IMG/VR virus record: IMGVR_UViG_3300045995_000108
Location: 32,001-96,000 of that record
DNA from: a virus
Reading direction: 5' to 3' (one strand)
DNA: 64,000 nt
Shown in pieces: positions 20,093-30,169 of this stretch (position 1 is its first letter; each line of letters starts with the position of its first letter). The translations under genes were made by a program, and so were the position numbers. The notes under the pieces were generated by a model. The model worked only from the letters and a program-made list of their open reading frames with translations, was not told the DNA's origin and made no database searches.

Positions 20093-21004
20093 ATGATGCA
20101 AAAGCGACTAAAACAATTTGTTCAAGACAATCCTAAGCTGGTTACCATGCGCGAGTGTGGCGACGGCATTTTTGTCTTGAAGTACAAGAAGACTGTCTTC
20201 TTTGACAATCTGTGGAACGAGTATTTGGAAGAATGCCGTGGCACGATTGTGGATGCTGACTTCAATGTCGTGTCCCGTCCCTTCACCAAAATCTACAATT
20301 ACGGAGTGGAAGCTAAGGCTCCTGTTCTGTCTGACGACACCCCTGTTACTGCTTACCGCAAGGTAAACGGTTTTATGGTAGCAATGACTTGGTACAAGGG
20401 TGACATCCTTGTGTCCACTACTGGCTCCACTGACAACGACTACACTGCTATGGCAAAAGAGTTGATGTTGAAGCACCAGTGCTGGGAAGATTGGCAATTT
20501 GAGTTGCGGGCTGCTGAAGGCGTGACTCTGATGTTTGAATGCTGCCACAAAAACGATCCGCACATTGTTGTGGAAAACGAAGGTCTGTACTTTTTGGGAC
20601 TGCGCGAAAACTCGTGGGATTCCAAAGTAAAGATGTTTGGTCCTGAGATGACTGAGTGGGCACGTGATTACGCTCTGTCGCATTTGAAGTGTGGATATTC
20701 CGAAGCTTTCCATGTAACAATGGGTGAGCTGAAGGAAATGTCTGCTAAAGTGCAACATGAAGGCTTCGTGCTTTATACTAAGGATGGCGTATCTTCCAAG
20801 ATCAAGTCTCCTTACTACCTAACATCAAAGTGGGTAGCACGTAACCCTCGCACTGACAAGTTGGTTAACCCTGACTTCAAGAAGCAAATCGACGAGGAAT
20901 ATTACCCACTCGTGGATGCAATCAACGCCAACATCGTTGAATATACTGCAATGGACGAGCAAGGTCGCCTTGCTTGGGTACGTAAATTTTTGGGAGTAGT
21001 GTAA
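20093..21004 (+). CDS. T4 Rnl1-type RNA ligase
   Basis: ECRGTI, SRPFTKIYN, motif I KVNG, EGFV, KIKSPYY. Confidence 0.85.
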   Translation: MMQKRLKQFVQDNPKLVTMRECGDGIFVLKYKKTVFFDNLWNEYLEECRGTIVDADFNVVSRPFTKIYNYGVEAKAPVLSDDTPVTAYRKVNGFMVAMTWYKGDILVSTTGSTDNDYTAMAKELMLKHQCWEDWQFELRAAEGVTLMFECCHKNDPHIVVENEGLYFLGLRENSWDSKVKMFGPEMTEWARDYALSHLKCGYSEAFHVTMGELKEMSAKVQHEGFVLYTKDGVSSKIKSPYYLTSKWVARNPRTDKLVNPDFKKQIDEEYYPLVDAINANIVEYTAMDEQGRLAWVRKFLGVV

Positions 21005-21471
21005 TGCCAACTTTATACATGCTTATTGGTGTTCCTGGTTCAGGCAAGTCTACCTGGATCAAAGCGCAAAACTTTGATATGTCTAAGACATTGATCGCGT
21101 CCACTGACGACCAAATCGAGCGACTTGCAGCCGCAGCAGGCAAGACTTACAGCGAGGTGATTAATGACCTCATTAAGCCTGCCACTAAGGTTATGAATCA
21201 ACAGGTCCTTGAAGCCATTCAAGTGGGTGCAGATGTTGTGTGGGATCAAACCAACATAAGCGTTAAAAGTCGTGCACCCAAGCTGGCAGTGTTTCCAAAA
21301 GAATACAAAAAGGTAGCAGTAGTATTTCCTACGCCAGGCGCAGTTGAACTGGGCCGTCGTCTCGCAAGCCGTGCAGGGAAGAACATTCCCGACTATGTTA
21401 TGCGCAGCATGATTGCTAACTTGCAACCTCCTTCCGCAAGGGAAGGCTTTGACAAGATTATAACGGCATGA
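21004..21471 (+). CDS. P-loop polynucleotide-kinase-like protein (AAA_33)
   Basis: GVPGSGKSTW, STD, DQTN, PP...EGFD. Confidence 0.85.
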   Translation: MPTLYMLIGVPGSGKSTWIKAQNFDMSKTLIASTDDQIERLAAAAGKTYSEVINDLIKPATKVMNQQVLEAIQVGADVVWDQTNISVKSRAPKLAVFPKEYKKVAVVFPTPGAVELGRRLASRAGKNIPDYVMRSMIANLQPPSAREGFDKIITA

Positions 21472-21710
21472 CAAACCCGGTTGACATTATTGGGCGTGAA
21501 CTCAACATAGGCGACTTTGTTGTGTTTACGAACAGCGTATATGAAGTAAAGGGATTGGGCAAGGCCAACCCAAGCTATCACGGTTATGGCACTGTGCAAA
21601 TTATGTTGGCAAACCCGTCCAAGACTACACGACCGCAAAAGAAAAACAGCGGGGATATGTGCCTTATTCCCAAAGAAGAATACTTGATTTACTTACTGAA
21701 AAAGAAATAA
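21468..21710 (+). CDS. hypothetical protein
   Basis: DIIGRELNIGDFV motif; coupled start. Confidence 0.55.
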   Translation: MTNPVDIIGRELNIGDFVVFTNSVYEVKGLGKANPSYHGYGTVQIMLANPSKTTRPQKKNSGDMCLIPKEEYLIYLLKKK

Positions 21711-21884
21711 CATGACAAAAACAGTTTATATTGTATTGGCAATCTTAGTAGTGGTTGCTGGTGTAAAGCTTTCCGACAACAAGGAAAAAGCCAATGAGCA
21801 ACTGGCGCAATGTATTGCATCCGGCGGCACCGCATTGCGCGGTAGTACGTGCGTAAATTTTTCAACTCAACCCAAGTAACAAAT

Positions 21885-22232
21885 ATGGAACAAGTATCAG
21901 GATTTATGGTTTTTTGGACGCATCAGCCACACGGCGCTGATTGTATGCAACCAAGCGCAAGCCATTTTGAAATGAACGAAATGAGCGCAGCACTTGCGTT
22001 CATGGAATCACTGCGCAAGGAAGGCCTCGCCCAGTTTGTGACGATGGTTTCCCAAAATTCCAACTCAGTTGGTAAGGCTGGTGTCGCTTCCATTGTTGAC
22101 GGCAAGACTCCTGACGGATTTGCCTATGAATGGTCTAAGGCTGGTCGCGCAGGCAAGATGAAGCGTTCTGAGCGTACAGTGTCTGCACTGCAAGGCACTG
22201 ATGCTGTGGAAGTGAAACAGGACGACGAATAA
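21885..22232 (+). CDS. hypothetical protein
   Basis: In-frame ATG at 21885. Confidence 0.55.
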   Translation: MEQVSGFMVFWTHQPHGADCMQPSASHFEMNEMSAALAFMESLRKEGLAQFVTMVSQNSNSVGKAGVASIVDGKTPDGFAYEWSKAGRAGKMKRSERTVSALQGTDAVEVKQDDE

Positions 22233-22565
22233 TGTACGGCAATCCTTACATTGCCATTGCCATTGTAGTGGTACTTTTTGTGCCATGCCTTGTGGTGGCA
22301 ATGTTGTGGCTTGCAAAAATGACGAATCACAATGCATTGGATAAAGAATGACTTGCACCCACACAAGAGAACACAGCCGCTGGGTCACAAAAGTAGACGA
22401 CTGGTACGGACACGATACAAGCGAGTGGGAATACACGACAGAAAACACCACTGTTGACATTGACTTGCATAGATATAAATGTACGCAATGTAATCAAATA
22501 ATGTATTACTCTGGTGCGGCAAGAGAATACTACGAAACTGGTGTGGACCGCAAGGGACTATTTAA

Positions 22566-22763
22566 ATGATTAATGAGCAAGACCTCGTCTACCGTCTGCG
22601 CAAACGTGCAGAGATACGCCGACAGATTCCCGGGCGGCGAAGTGTGGAAGAAGGCACTCCTGACCGCATTGCGGATATTCTGGAAGAAGCGGCAAACGAA
22701 ATTGAAAAGTTGCGTAACGACATTGAACATTGTTGGCAAGACGCCGCAGGAGCAAGTTTATGA
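22566..22763 (+). CDS. hypothetical phage protein
   Basis: DLVYRLRKRAEIRRQI...EEAANEIEKLR. Confidence 0.6.
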   Translation: MINEQDLVYRLRKRAEIRRQIPGRRSVEEGTPDRIADILEEAANEIEKLRNDIEHCWQDAAGASL

Positions 22764-22896
22764 AAGAATCTAAGAATATGCTTTATCGGGGGCATATAGA
22801 CTTGGCTATGAAGTTGGTTTTACATTGCGAGCAATCGCAGCGTTTGTCGACTTCATGATGTTTCCGTTTCCTCGGTAATCAACTTTAAGGGATATT

Positions 22897-23205
22897 ATGG
22901 CAACCGCAGTACAAATGACAAACCAGAAGACTGGTATTGTTAAGCAGGGATTTTTTGGATTTAGCTGGACTTACTTATTCTTCGGATGGTTCGTTCCATT
23001 GCTCCGTGGCCATTATGCCATGGCTGGCATTCACTTTATGATCGCAATTGTGTCAGCGTTTACGTTTGGCATTCCACAGTTGATCCTGGCATTTATGTTT
23101 AACAAGTTTTACACATTGCGCCTGCTTGAAGACGGATACACTTTCAGTGATCCAGACGAAGCACTGGTACAACGTGCAAAGCGTACTTTGGGTCTTGTTC
23201 TTTAA
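22897..23205 (+). CDS. small membrane protein
   Basis: GFSWT..FFGWFVPLLRG; hydrophobic; SD TAAGG. Confidence 0.65.
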   Translation: MATAVQMTNQKTGIVKQGFFGFSWTYLFFGWFVPLLRGHYAMAGIHFMIAIVSAFTFGIPQLILAFMFNKFYTLRLLEDGYTFSDPDEALVQRAKRTLGLVL

Positions 23206-23217
23206 CAGGTAATTATC

Positions 23218-23604
23218 ATGCGCAAACTATTGATTGCTCTCCTGGCGTTTTCTGCTATCACTGCAACTGCACAAGTGGTTGATCAACGTGGTACTTACAA
23301 CTACATTCCAAACGCGGGCGACCGTGTACCAGACGGCGCAAGCGGTCCAGGGATTGTTTACACTCAACGCACAACAGGCACGATCATTTCAGTAGGCATG
23401 CCCGTGTACAAGAACGTGGTCAATGGACAGCAATGTGAAGGGCAACCTGTCCAGTGCACTCCCACGTTTGAACAACGCCTGGTTGGCTATCCGTTTACAG
23501 TGCAGTACAACCACTTGCAGATGCTGGGCTTTATGACTCGTCGTCCACAGATTGGCGAAACCGCGGAAGTCATTATCCGCAGCACGTTCTACGCCGCACA
23601 GTGA
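23218..23604 (+). CDS. secreted protein
   Basis: Signal peptide MRKLLIALLAFSAITATA. Confidence 0.6.
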   Translation: MRKLLIALLAFSAITATAQVVDQRGTYNYIPNAGDRVPDGASGPGIVYTQRTTGTIISVGMPVYKNVVNGQQCEGQPVQCTPTFEQRLVGYPFTVQYNHLQMLGFMTRRPQIGETAEVIIRSTFYAAQ

Positions 23605-23605
23605 T

Positions 23606-23634
23606 TTGACAGTGAATGCACTTTAATGTACAAT
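23606..23634 (+). promoter_or_regulatory. sigma70-type promoter, probably leaderless
   Basis: TTGACA-17-TACAAT; in-frame ATG at 23640. Confidence 0.75.
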
Positions 23635-24048
23635 GTATTATGACAGAGCAAAAAACATTTTACATTAACGATCACCCTTTCCTGAAGTGGACTTGCGAAA
23701 GCGTGGAAGTCGTGCTAACCGGACTGCGCGGTTTCGTGCAGGACGGTCATTGGCACATGGACTACATCGAAGCAGAAAAAGTGGTCAACGTATGTATCGG
23801 ACGGATGGGCTCGGTTGATTGGGATCACCCCATCAACGTGATGAAAGTAAAGACACTGAGGCGCGAATGATCCGAAGTTTGACAAGAAAACAGGTTGACG
23901 CCGTTCATGCTCTTATGCTAGAGTATGATGACGCTAGAGAAGTAACCTTTAGTACCGAAAGCAACAGCGGAATTGGCACTAACATTTACGCAACCATAAA
24001 GTATCTTGGCTATCGTGAAGTTACAATTGACATAACAGACTACGAGAA

Positions 24049-24531
24049 TTGGTAATGCCATTTATTGAGAACATAGCAGCAAGTGATGTGCCTCGTGGGT
24101 TACACCGTGACCCAGGGCCAAATTCTATGCTGATCCAAATTACAGATCCAGGTGGATGGAAGCCTGATCCAAAGCACGTATTCAAGGAGCGTCACTTTTT
24201 TGAGTTCCTTGACGTTGAGAAGGACACTGAGGTGGACGACGAAGAAATGCGTTGCTCACAGGAACAGGCGTCTCAACTTGCTGCTTTGTTAAAGAAGGCT
24301 CTCGCTGAAGACATGAACGTTATTGTGCACTGCTATGCCGGCGTAGCACGTTCTGGTGCAGTAGCAGAGGTAGGTGTGATGATGGGGTTCGACGATACCT
24401 ATACATACCGTGCACCTAACTTGCATGTCAAGCACAGGATGCTGCATTACTTAGGTATGCAGTATGATCCAGACGAGGTGCTGGACGAGGAATTTTGCTG
24501 GAAACATACTAAAATAGGATGGGAACGATGA
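24049..24531 (+). CDS. Cys-based (tyrosine/dual-specificity) phosphatase-like protein
   Basis: VHCYAGVARS = HCx5R. Confidence 0.8.
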   Translation: MVMPFIENIAASDVPRGLHRDPGPNSMLIQITDPGGWKPDPKHVFKERHFFEFLDVEKDTEVDDEEMRCSQEQASQLAALLKKALAEDMNVIVHCYAGVARSGAVAEVGVMMGFDDTYTYRAPNLHVKHRMLHYLGMQYDPDEVLDEEFCWKHTKIGWER

Positions 24532-24685
24532 AACTTAAACGAGATACCAAAGACGCATTGAAGCTGGGTGGCATAGTAATTGCCGTGGTTGCATTTTTTG
24601 CAATTGGCATTTACTACGAGATGGCCGTGTGGCAGGAATGCCGCCAAACCAACTCTTGGTTTTATTGCATGAGGGTACTAAGCAA

Positions 24686-25282
24686 ATGAAGCGCAAATTT
24701 AAAAATCTAATCCTTACTGACGCGGATGGCGTGCTACTAGATTGGGAGTGGGCCTTCTCAGTATGGATGCAGGAAAAAGGTTATAAGCTGGCAGAGGGCC
24801 ATAAAAAAACATACGCACTGCATCACTGGTTTACTGACCTTGAATTACCTGACGCACGGAAGCTGATTATCCAATTCAATGAATCCGCAGCGATTGGCTT
24901 TTTGCCTGCGTTCCGTGACAGTATGTTCTACGTTAAGCGGTTGTATGAGGAACACGGATTTAGATTCCACGTAATCACAAGCCTTAGCCTGGATGCCAAT
25001 GCGGGCAGATTGCGTGAGATGAATCTACATAAACTGTTTGGTGACGCGATTGAAACTGTTACATGCCTTGACACCGGTGCTGACAAAGATGAAGCACTAG
25101 AACCCTTCAAGGGGAGTGGGTTGTATTGGATTGAAGATAAGCCAAGCAATGCTGACCTGGGTCTTGAACTTGGGCTAAAGAGTTTGCTTGTTGAACACGG
25201 GCACAACATGGGACACGACAATCCTCACTTGCCAGTTGTCAAAAGCTGGAAAGAAATTTACGACATAATTACCAAGAAGTAA
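24686..25282 (+). CDS. HAD-family 5'-nucleotidase-like (T4 30.2-like)
   Basis: LTDADGVLLDW, WIEDK. Confidence 0.8.
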   Translation: MKRKFKNLILTDADGVLLDWEWAFSVWMQEKGYKLAEGHKKTYALHHWFTDLELPDARKLIIQFNESAAIGFLPAFRDSMFYVKRLYEEHGFRFHVITSLSLDANAGRLREMNLHKLFGDAIETVTCLDTGADKDEALEPFKGSGLYWIEDKPSNADLGLELGLKSLLVEHGHNMGHDNPHLPVVKSWKEIYDIITKK

Positions 25283-25299
25283 TTTATTGAACTCATGAC

Positions 25300-25322
25300 A
25301 AAGCGGGCTCGGGCCCGCTTTT
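25300..25322. terminator. bidirectional intrinsic terminator
   Basis: AAAGCGGGC-tcgg-GCCCGCTTTT between convergent genes. Confidence 0.8.
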
Positions 25323-25350
25323 CATTGTGTTATTGCAATGTAATCAAATA

Positions 25351-26139
25351 TTAATTCTCCCCGTAAAGTCTTAATACTTCACGCATTGCGACACTACGTT
25401 GTGCGTCTTTTGCAGCAAACTTCGTGTAGCCGAAGATGTCTGAACCATCCGCTACGATCTTGTCAATGAAATCCAACAGTCCATTGTCGCGGGCAAACTG
25501 ATTATCCGTTTGGTTCAGGTCACCTGTTACAACCATCTTCGAGTTCTCACCGAGGCGTGTTAAAATCATCTTCATCTGATTAATGGAAGAATTTTGGGCT
25601 TCATCAAAGATGATCCAAGCATTCTTAAAGGTACGTCCTCTCATAAAAGCTAGGGGAGCGAGCTCAATTTGTTGTTCTTCTAGCATTTTAGTGACCTCGA
25701 TTGGTCTGTAGTATTCCAAGACATAATCCATAATTGGCTTAGTCCATGGCTCCATTTTCGCATTCAAGTCTCCTGGTAGGAAACCATGCTTCTCATCGTC
25801 TACGCCGACGGCTGGTCGTGTAATGATGATCTTCTTGCAAGTGCCGTCTCTGAATGCTTGTAGAGCTGCGAGCACTGCAATCATAGTCTTACCTGTACCT
25901 GCTGGGCCTGTGGCAAAGACTACGTGTTTGTCTGGGTTTTGTAAATCGTCAATGTAATCCTCTTGTGCGCGAGATTTAGGAGTAAGGTTAATCGGGCGTT
26001 GGCGTTGAGGTCTATAGTTATCAATATCTATCGTATTATTCGCGTTTGTTTGTGTTGCGTTGTGGCGGTTGTATGTGTTGCTACGGGATTGAGTTTGGAA
26101 CTCAGGTTGGGCTAGAGCCCTATTCTTACGCTTGGACAA
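25351..26139 (-). CDS. phoH: PhoH-family ATPase
   Basis: GPAGTGKT, RPAV, GFLPG, FMRGRTF, DEAQN, GDLNQ; probable TTG start at 26139 after AAGGAG. Confidence 0.95.
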   Translation of the reverse strand: MSKRKNRALAQPEFQTQSRSNTYNRHNATQTNANNTIDIDNYRPQRQRPINLTPKSRAQEDYIDDLQNPDKHVVFATGPAGTGKTMIAVLAALQAFRDGTCKKIIITRPAVGVDDEKHGFLPGDLNAKMEPWTKPIMDYVLEYYRPIEVTKMLEEQQIELAPLAFMRGRTFKNAWIIFDEAQNSSINQMKMILTRLGENSKMVVTGDLNQTDNQFARDNGLLDFIDKIVADGSDIFGYTKFAAKDAQRSVAMREVLRLYGEN

Positions 26140-26290
26140 ATGTAACTCCTTAGTTGTTATAACTTTGTGCATTTCGATTACAAGCTCAGTTTGTTTGCTT
26201 GTACTATTATTTAAAGATAGGGTTAACATAGTTTAAACATAGTACATAACTTTGTCGTCGCAGCATAAGTATTAAGCTAAGTGCGACGTG

Positions 26291-26821
26291 TTAGCGTTTC
26301 CATTCAGCGTAGATTCTATTGTTTGTGTCCCATACACATTCTACTAACTTAAACCCAAACTTGTCAGATAATCGCACATGCTCTTCCACAGTCCAAGGAT
26401 AGAAGTTGATGTCTTGACATTCAACGTTTAGGTGATCCTTGCTACCTGGGTTGCAGCGCCAATAGATTCTAGCTTTGTCGGTTAACAGTGATACTACTTT
26501 AGTAGTTTGTCTTTCAACATCCTCTACTGTGCCAAAATTGATAGAGCCTAAGCAAAATGCAACATCAAACTTCTTGTTCGTTTGGAGGTCGTCGATTCCT
26601 ACTTTCATATCAGCTTGGTCAAATGCAGGGTCAATGCCAAATAGATTTGGTATCAAACCTTTGAACGGATTTGCTCCGCAGCCAACGTCAATTACGGACT
26701 CACCGTAGTTAACTTTTTTAACCAGCGCGAGGCCAGATTTTTCGTATTGCGCTAGTGAGCCGTTTTTACGGTACCAGATGGTACCAAAGTAATGGTTGAG
26801 ATATTCTTGATTTACAGTCAT
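26291..26821 (-). CDS. class I SAM-dependent methyltransferase-like
   Basis: VIDVGCG, GID, FDVAFCLGS. Confidence 0.75.
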   Translation of the reverse strand: MTVNQEYLNHYFGTIWYRKNGSLAQYEKSGLALVKKVNYGESVIDVGCGANPFKGLIPNLFGIDPAFDQADMKVGIDDLQTNKKFDVAFCLGSINFGTVEDVERQTTKVVSLLTDKARIYWRCNPGSKDHLNVECQDINFYPWTVEEHVRLSDKFGFKLVECVWDTNNRIYAEWKR

Positions 26822-26860
26822 GATTTAGTGTATAATGTAATTAACTATGTATTTATTTCT

Positions 26861-28318
26861 ATGGACATCTACTTAAACTATCTTCCCTACGTGCTTGCTG
26901 GTACGTTGTACGGATTCATATTCGGGCTCATTCCTGTAGCAGGTGCACTAACTGGGCTAATCACCATTTACGGATTCATTGACGTATTTCATAACTCACC
27001 CTACGGATTGGTTGTGTTTACCACCGCCCTAGTTGTCAGTTGTAGCATAGGTGACTTATTCTCGTCTATCGTTATGAACATTCCCGGTGCTGCGGGCAGT
27101 GCAGCAACAATGGTAGATGGGTTTCCAATGTCTAAGAAAGGACAAGCGGCAAGGGCACTTAGCGCAGGTATCTTCTCTAGCGTGGGGCAAGGTGCAATCT
27201 GGGGCATACTCGTTTTTGCTTTCCTTCCGTACTATGCGCCTGTGGTGTTAAGTTTTGGTATACCAGAAATGCTGTGCTTCCTAATACTTGCAATGACTTG
27301 CGTTACCTTTATCAACAGTCATTATTGGGTGCGTGGACTTATTGCATTGGCCGCAGGCATCTTTGTTGGGCTAATTGGTATGGACCCAAACACAGGTGCA
27401 GCACGATTTACGGGTGGCTGGTACTACTTACAAGATGGTGTTCAGATTGTCCCTATTTTGGCAGGCTTCCTGGCTATACCAGAATTGCTAGAAGCACTGT
27501 ACTTTCAAGTCAAACACATCCCACCACCAAAGGATACATGGGAACAGATTAAGCAAGGTATGCGTGATGCGTGGCGTTACAGAAATGACAGTGCAAGGGC
27601 AGGATTGATTGGTGGTGTGATTGGTTTACTGCCTGGCATTGGTGGTAGCATTGTGGATTGGCTAGCGTATGGGCAAACATGTGCACTAGCGAAGAACGAC
27701 AAGATTCCGTTTGGCGAAGGTAATGTGCGTGGTGTAGTGGGAGCAGAGGGTGCGGGTATGGCACAGAAGGCAACTGCTTATGTCCCCACAGTTTTGTTTG
27801 GTGTCCCAGCAGCGCCGTTTGAAGTTATCATCATGTCACTGTTCATGATGGTAGGGTTGGAAATGGGATCAGTGCAGTTACTCACTGATAGGACGTTCTT
27901 TAATGCGCTAAGTTATGGTTACATGGTAAGCCTTGTACTTACATTCTTCATATCTATCGTGTTCATTAAGTATGCGTCAGGCATAACAAAAGTGCCCATG
28001 AAGTATTATTTCATCCCTATCCTGGGCGTAATTGTGTGGTCGTCCGTGCAGTACACAGGTGGGTGGGAAGACTATGTCATCCTTGCAATTTGCTCTGCCC
28101 TGGGTATGTTATTCAAGCACTTTAAATTTAGCCGTGCATGTCTTATCGTGGGTGTTGTATTGGCAGGTAGATTGGAAAAGACATCAATTCAGTTTAATAC
28201 ACTGTACACCTGGCAAGAAGTTATTACTCGTCCTATTGCAATGGGCTTGCTTGCATTTACTTTGGTTGCCATAGTCTATGGGATATTTTTCAGTAAGTCT
28301 AAGATAAGCTACACATAA
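26861..28318 (+). CDS. tctA: tripartite tricarboxylate transporter large subunit
   Basis: NIPGAAGSAATMVDGFPMSKKGQA, GLLPGIGG, VP...FGVP; about 12 TM segments. Confidence 0.9.
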   Translation: MDIYLNYLPYVLAGTLYGFIFGLIPVAGALTGLITIYGFIDVFHNSPYGLVVFTTALVVSCSIGDLFSSIVMNIPGAAGSAATMVDGFPMSKKGQAARALSAGIFSSVGQGAIWGILVFAFLPYYAPVVLSFGIPEMLCFLILAMTCVTFINSHYWVRGLIALAAGIFVGLIGMDPNTGAARFTGGWYYLQDGVQIVPILAGFLAIPELLEALYFQVKHIPPPKDTWEQIKQGMRDAWRYRNDSARAGLIGGVIGLLPGIGGSIVDWLAYGQTCALAKNDKIPFGEGNVRGVVGAEGAGMAQKATAYVPTVLFGVPAAPFEVIIMSLFMMVGLEMGSVQLLTDRTFFNALSYGYMVSLVLTFFISIVFIKYASGITKVPMKYYFIPILGVIVWSSVQYTGGWEDYVILAICSALGMLFKHFKFSRACLIVGVVLAGRLEKTSIQFNTLYTWQEVITRPIAMGLLAFTLVAIVYGIFFSKSKISYT

Positions 28319-28405
28319 ATACTTGGCTTGCACAGTAAGTACACTCAACACCAAGGTTGCGAGAGTACAGTTATTAACCAAGCTGACACTTCAAAAGGAA
28401 AAATC

Positions 28406-29473
28406 ATGTCATTATTTAAACGTGCCATTCTGGCACTCGCGGTCTTTACGGCTGCACTTTCTGCTCACGCGGATTATCGTTTCATCGTACCACAAGAACC
28501 CGGAAACGGAACAGACATTTGGGCACGTATCATTGCTAGAGAAATGGAAAAGAAGCTAGGTGAGAAAATCATCGTAGACAACATTCCAGGCGCTAACGAT
28601 GTACCGGGCTTTAACAAGTTCCACAATACACTGCGCAAAGATCCAAAGACAGTTATGGTCGCACACGGTGGCAACGCTGAATCGTTCTTGTACCAAAACG
28701 TAGATTACAACTATGCAGAGTACGACCCAATTGGTCTGCAAAACTTAACTATTATGGTTGGTCGTCGTAACGACTCTGATCCATTCAAAGATGTAGTAAA
28801 GTTTCCTAATGCGTCAGGAACCAATCCTGACATCATTGCAATGACGTTGCTTGTATGTGGACCAGGCAAGACAATGAAAGAGTATGCTGCTTGCTTCCAC
28901 GAACATTTCAAATATGTTAAAGGCATGACAGGCAATGAGCGTAAACTGTCTTACATGCGCGGTGAAGTTAACGCTATCCGCGAAACTCCATCTGCGTACT
29001 TAAAGAACATTCGGCCACAGCCTGCCAACATTGATTGGTTTAGTGCAGGTGTCCTTGATCTGAAGACTGGAAAGGTTGTAGCAGATGTTAATTTTCCAGG
29101 AGTAGACTTCCAATCAGTTTACAAAAAGAAGTGGGGCGTTGCTCCTTCTGGTGACTTATACGATGCATGGTCGTTAATTAAGAACTATCGTGACGTATTG
29201 CAAAAGGCGCTGTACGTTGACAAAGGCAATCCTAACAAGGAAGTATTGCGCAAGGCATTGCGTGATACATTAGCTGATCCAGTGTCGCTTGCTATCATCG
29301 AAAAAGAAACTGGCAAGTACGAATGGTTCATTGGCGACGATGTGGCTAAGGCACACAAAGCACTTGAAGCATTGACTACCCGTAAGGCACTAAAGGATCT
29401 AGTATGGTGGGTTTCCACTGTGCTTAACCAAGAAGCTATCTACAAAGACAACATCGCTAAAGTAGCGCACTAA
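28406..29473 (+). CDS. tctC: TctC/Bug-like periplasmic substrate-binding protein
   Basis: Signal peptide, then IVPQEPGNGTDIWARIIA...LG..IIVDNIPGA. Confidence 0.8.
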   Translation: MSLFKRAILALAVFTAALSAHADYRFIVPQEPGNGTDIWARIIAREMEKKLGEKIIVDNIPGANDVPGFNKFHNTLRKDPKTVMVAHGGNAESFLYQNVDYNYAEYDPIGLQNLTIMVGRRNDSDPFKDVVKFPNASGTNPDIIAMTLLVCGPGKTMKEYAACFHEHFKYVKGMTGNERKLSYMRGEVNAIRETPSAYLKNIRPQPANIDWFSAGVLDLKTGKVVADVNFPGVDFQSVYKKKWGVAPSGDLYDAWSLIKNYRDVLQKALYVDKGNPNKEVLRKALRDTLADPVSLAIIEKETGKYEWFIGDDVAKAHKALEALTTRKALKDLVWWVSTVLNQEAIYKDNIAKVAH

Positions 29474-29474
29474 C

Positions 29475-30101
29475 ATGCCCGCCTACAAATATATTTTCAT
29501 TGTAGGTGCTCCTGGTAGCAAGTGGAGTGGGGTCAGTAAAAATATTTACTATTCAAAGGATATTGATCGCAGCGATTACAGCGAGGAGCGAGAATATTGG
29601 CGTAACGGGCAACTCATGCACTCAGGCGCATATTTTGACCCGGGTATGGAGTTTGGCGAGTTTTTTGATGTGCTTCACATGCACACAAAAGAAGAATGCG
29701 AAGCAGAGTTTGATCGTCCGTTCTCAGGAGAGGGTGTTCGCATCATTAAGTCGCATTGCTTTGCTAATCACATTGACTTTATCAAGGAAACATGGCCTGA
29801 GTGCCCTGTTGTGCTAGTGTACAGGGATGATGATCAATGTTTGGGCTGGTGGGTGAAGAGTGGGCATTTTGATATTACCTATCCGCTATATAATAAATAT
29901 TATGTGAACCTGCATGAAATGGGCGTGATTATTTCGCAACAAAACGCAGGCATCCTTGAGGCTGAGCGCAAGTATTTTAAGTTTGAGTTTATGGATCTTC
30001 GTAATAATCTTCAACTATGCGATGCGTTGGACATCGCTACCCCACCAGTTGAGTACATGCAGCAATACTCGGAATCAGATGTAAAGGTATATGTAATATG
30101 A
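29475..30101 (+). CDS. sulfotransferase-fold/P-loop-like protein
   Basis: IFIVGAPGSKWS, IIKSH, VLVYRD. Confidence 0.5.
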   Translation: MPAYKYIFIVGAPGSKWSGVSKNIYYSKDIDRSDYSEEREYWRNGQLMHSGAYFDPGMEFGEFFDVLHMHTKEECEAEFDRPFSGEGVRIIKSHCFANHIDFIKETWPECPVVLVYRDDDQCLGWWVKSGHFDITYPLYNKYYVNLHEMGVIISQQNAGILEAERKYFKFEFMDLRNNLQLCDALDIATPPVEYMQQYSESDVKVYVI

Positions 30102-30169
30102 CAACAAAAAGAATGCATTCCACTTGACCCCATAGTCCAAGCTAAATAACATATAACTGAATTAAAACT

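Noticed and set aside
26861-29473. Host chromosomal contamination or prophage boundary at tctA/tctC
   Set aside because: Genes are flanked by the same TAAATA motifs and by phage genes on both sides, with no att site or integrase.
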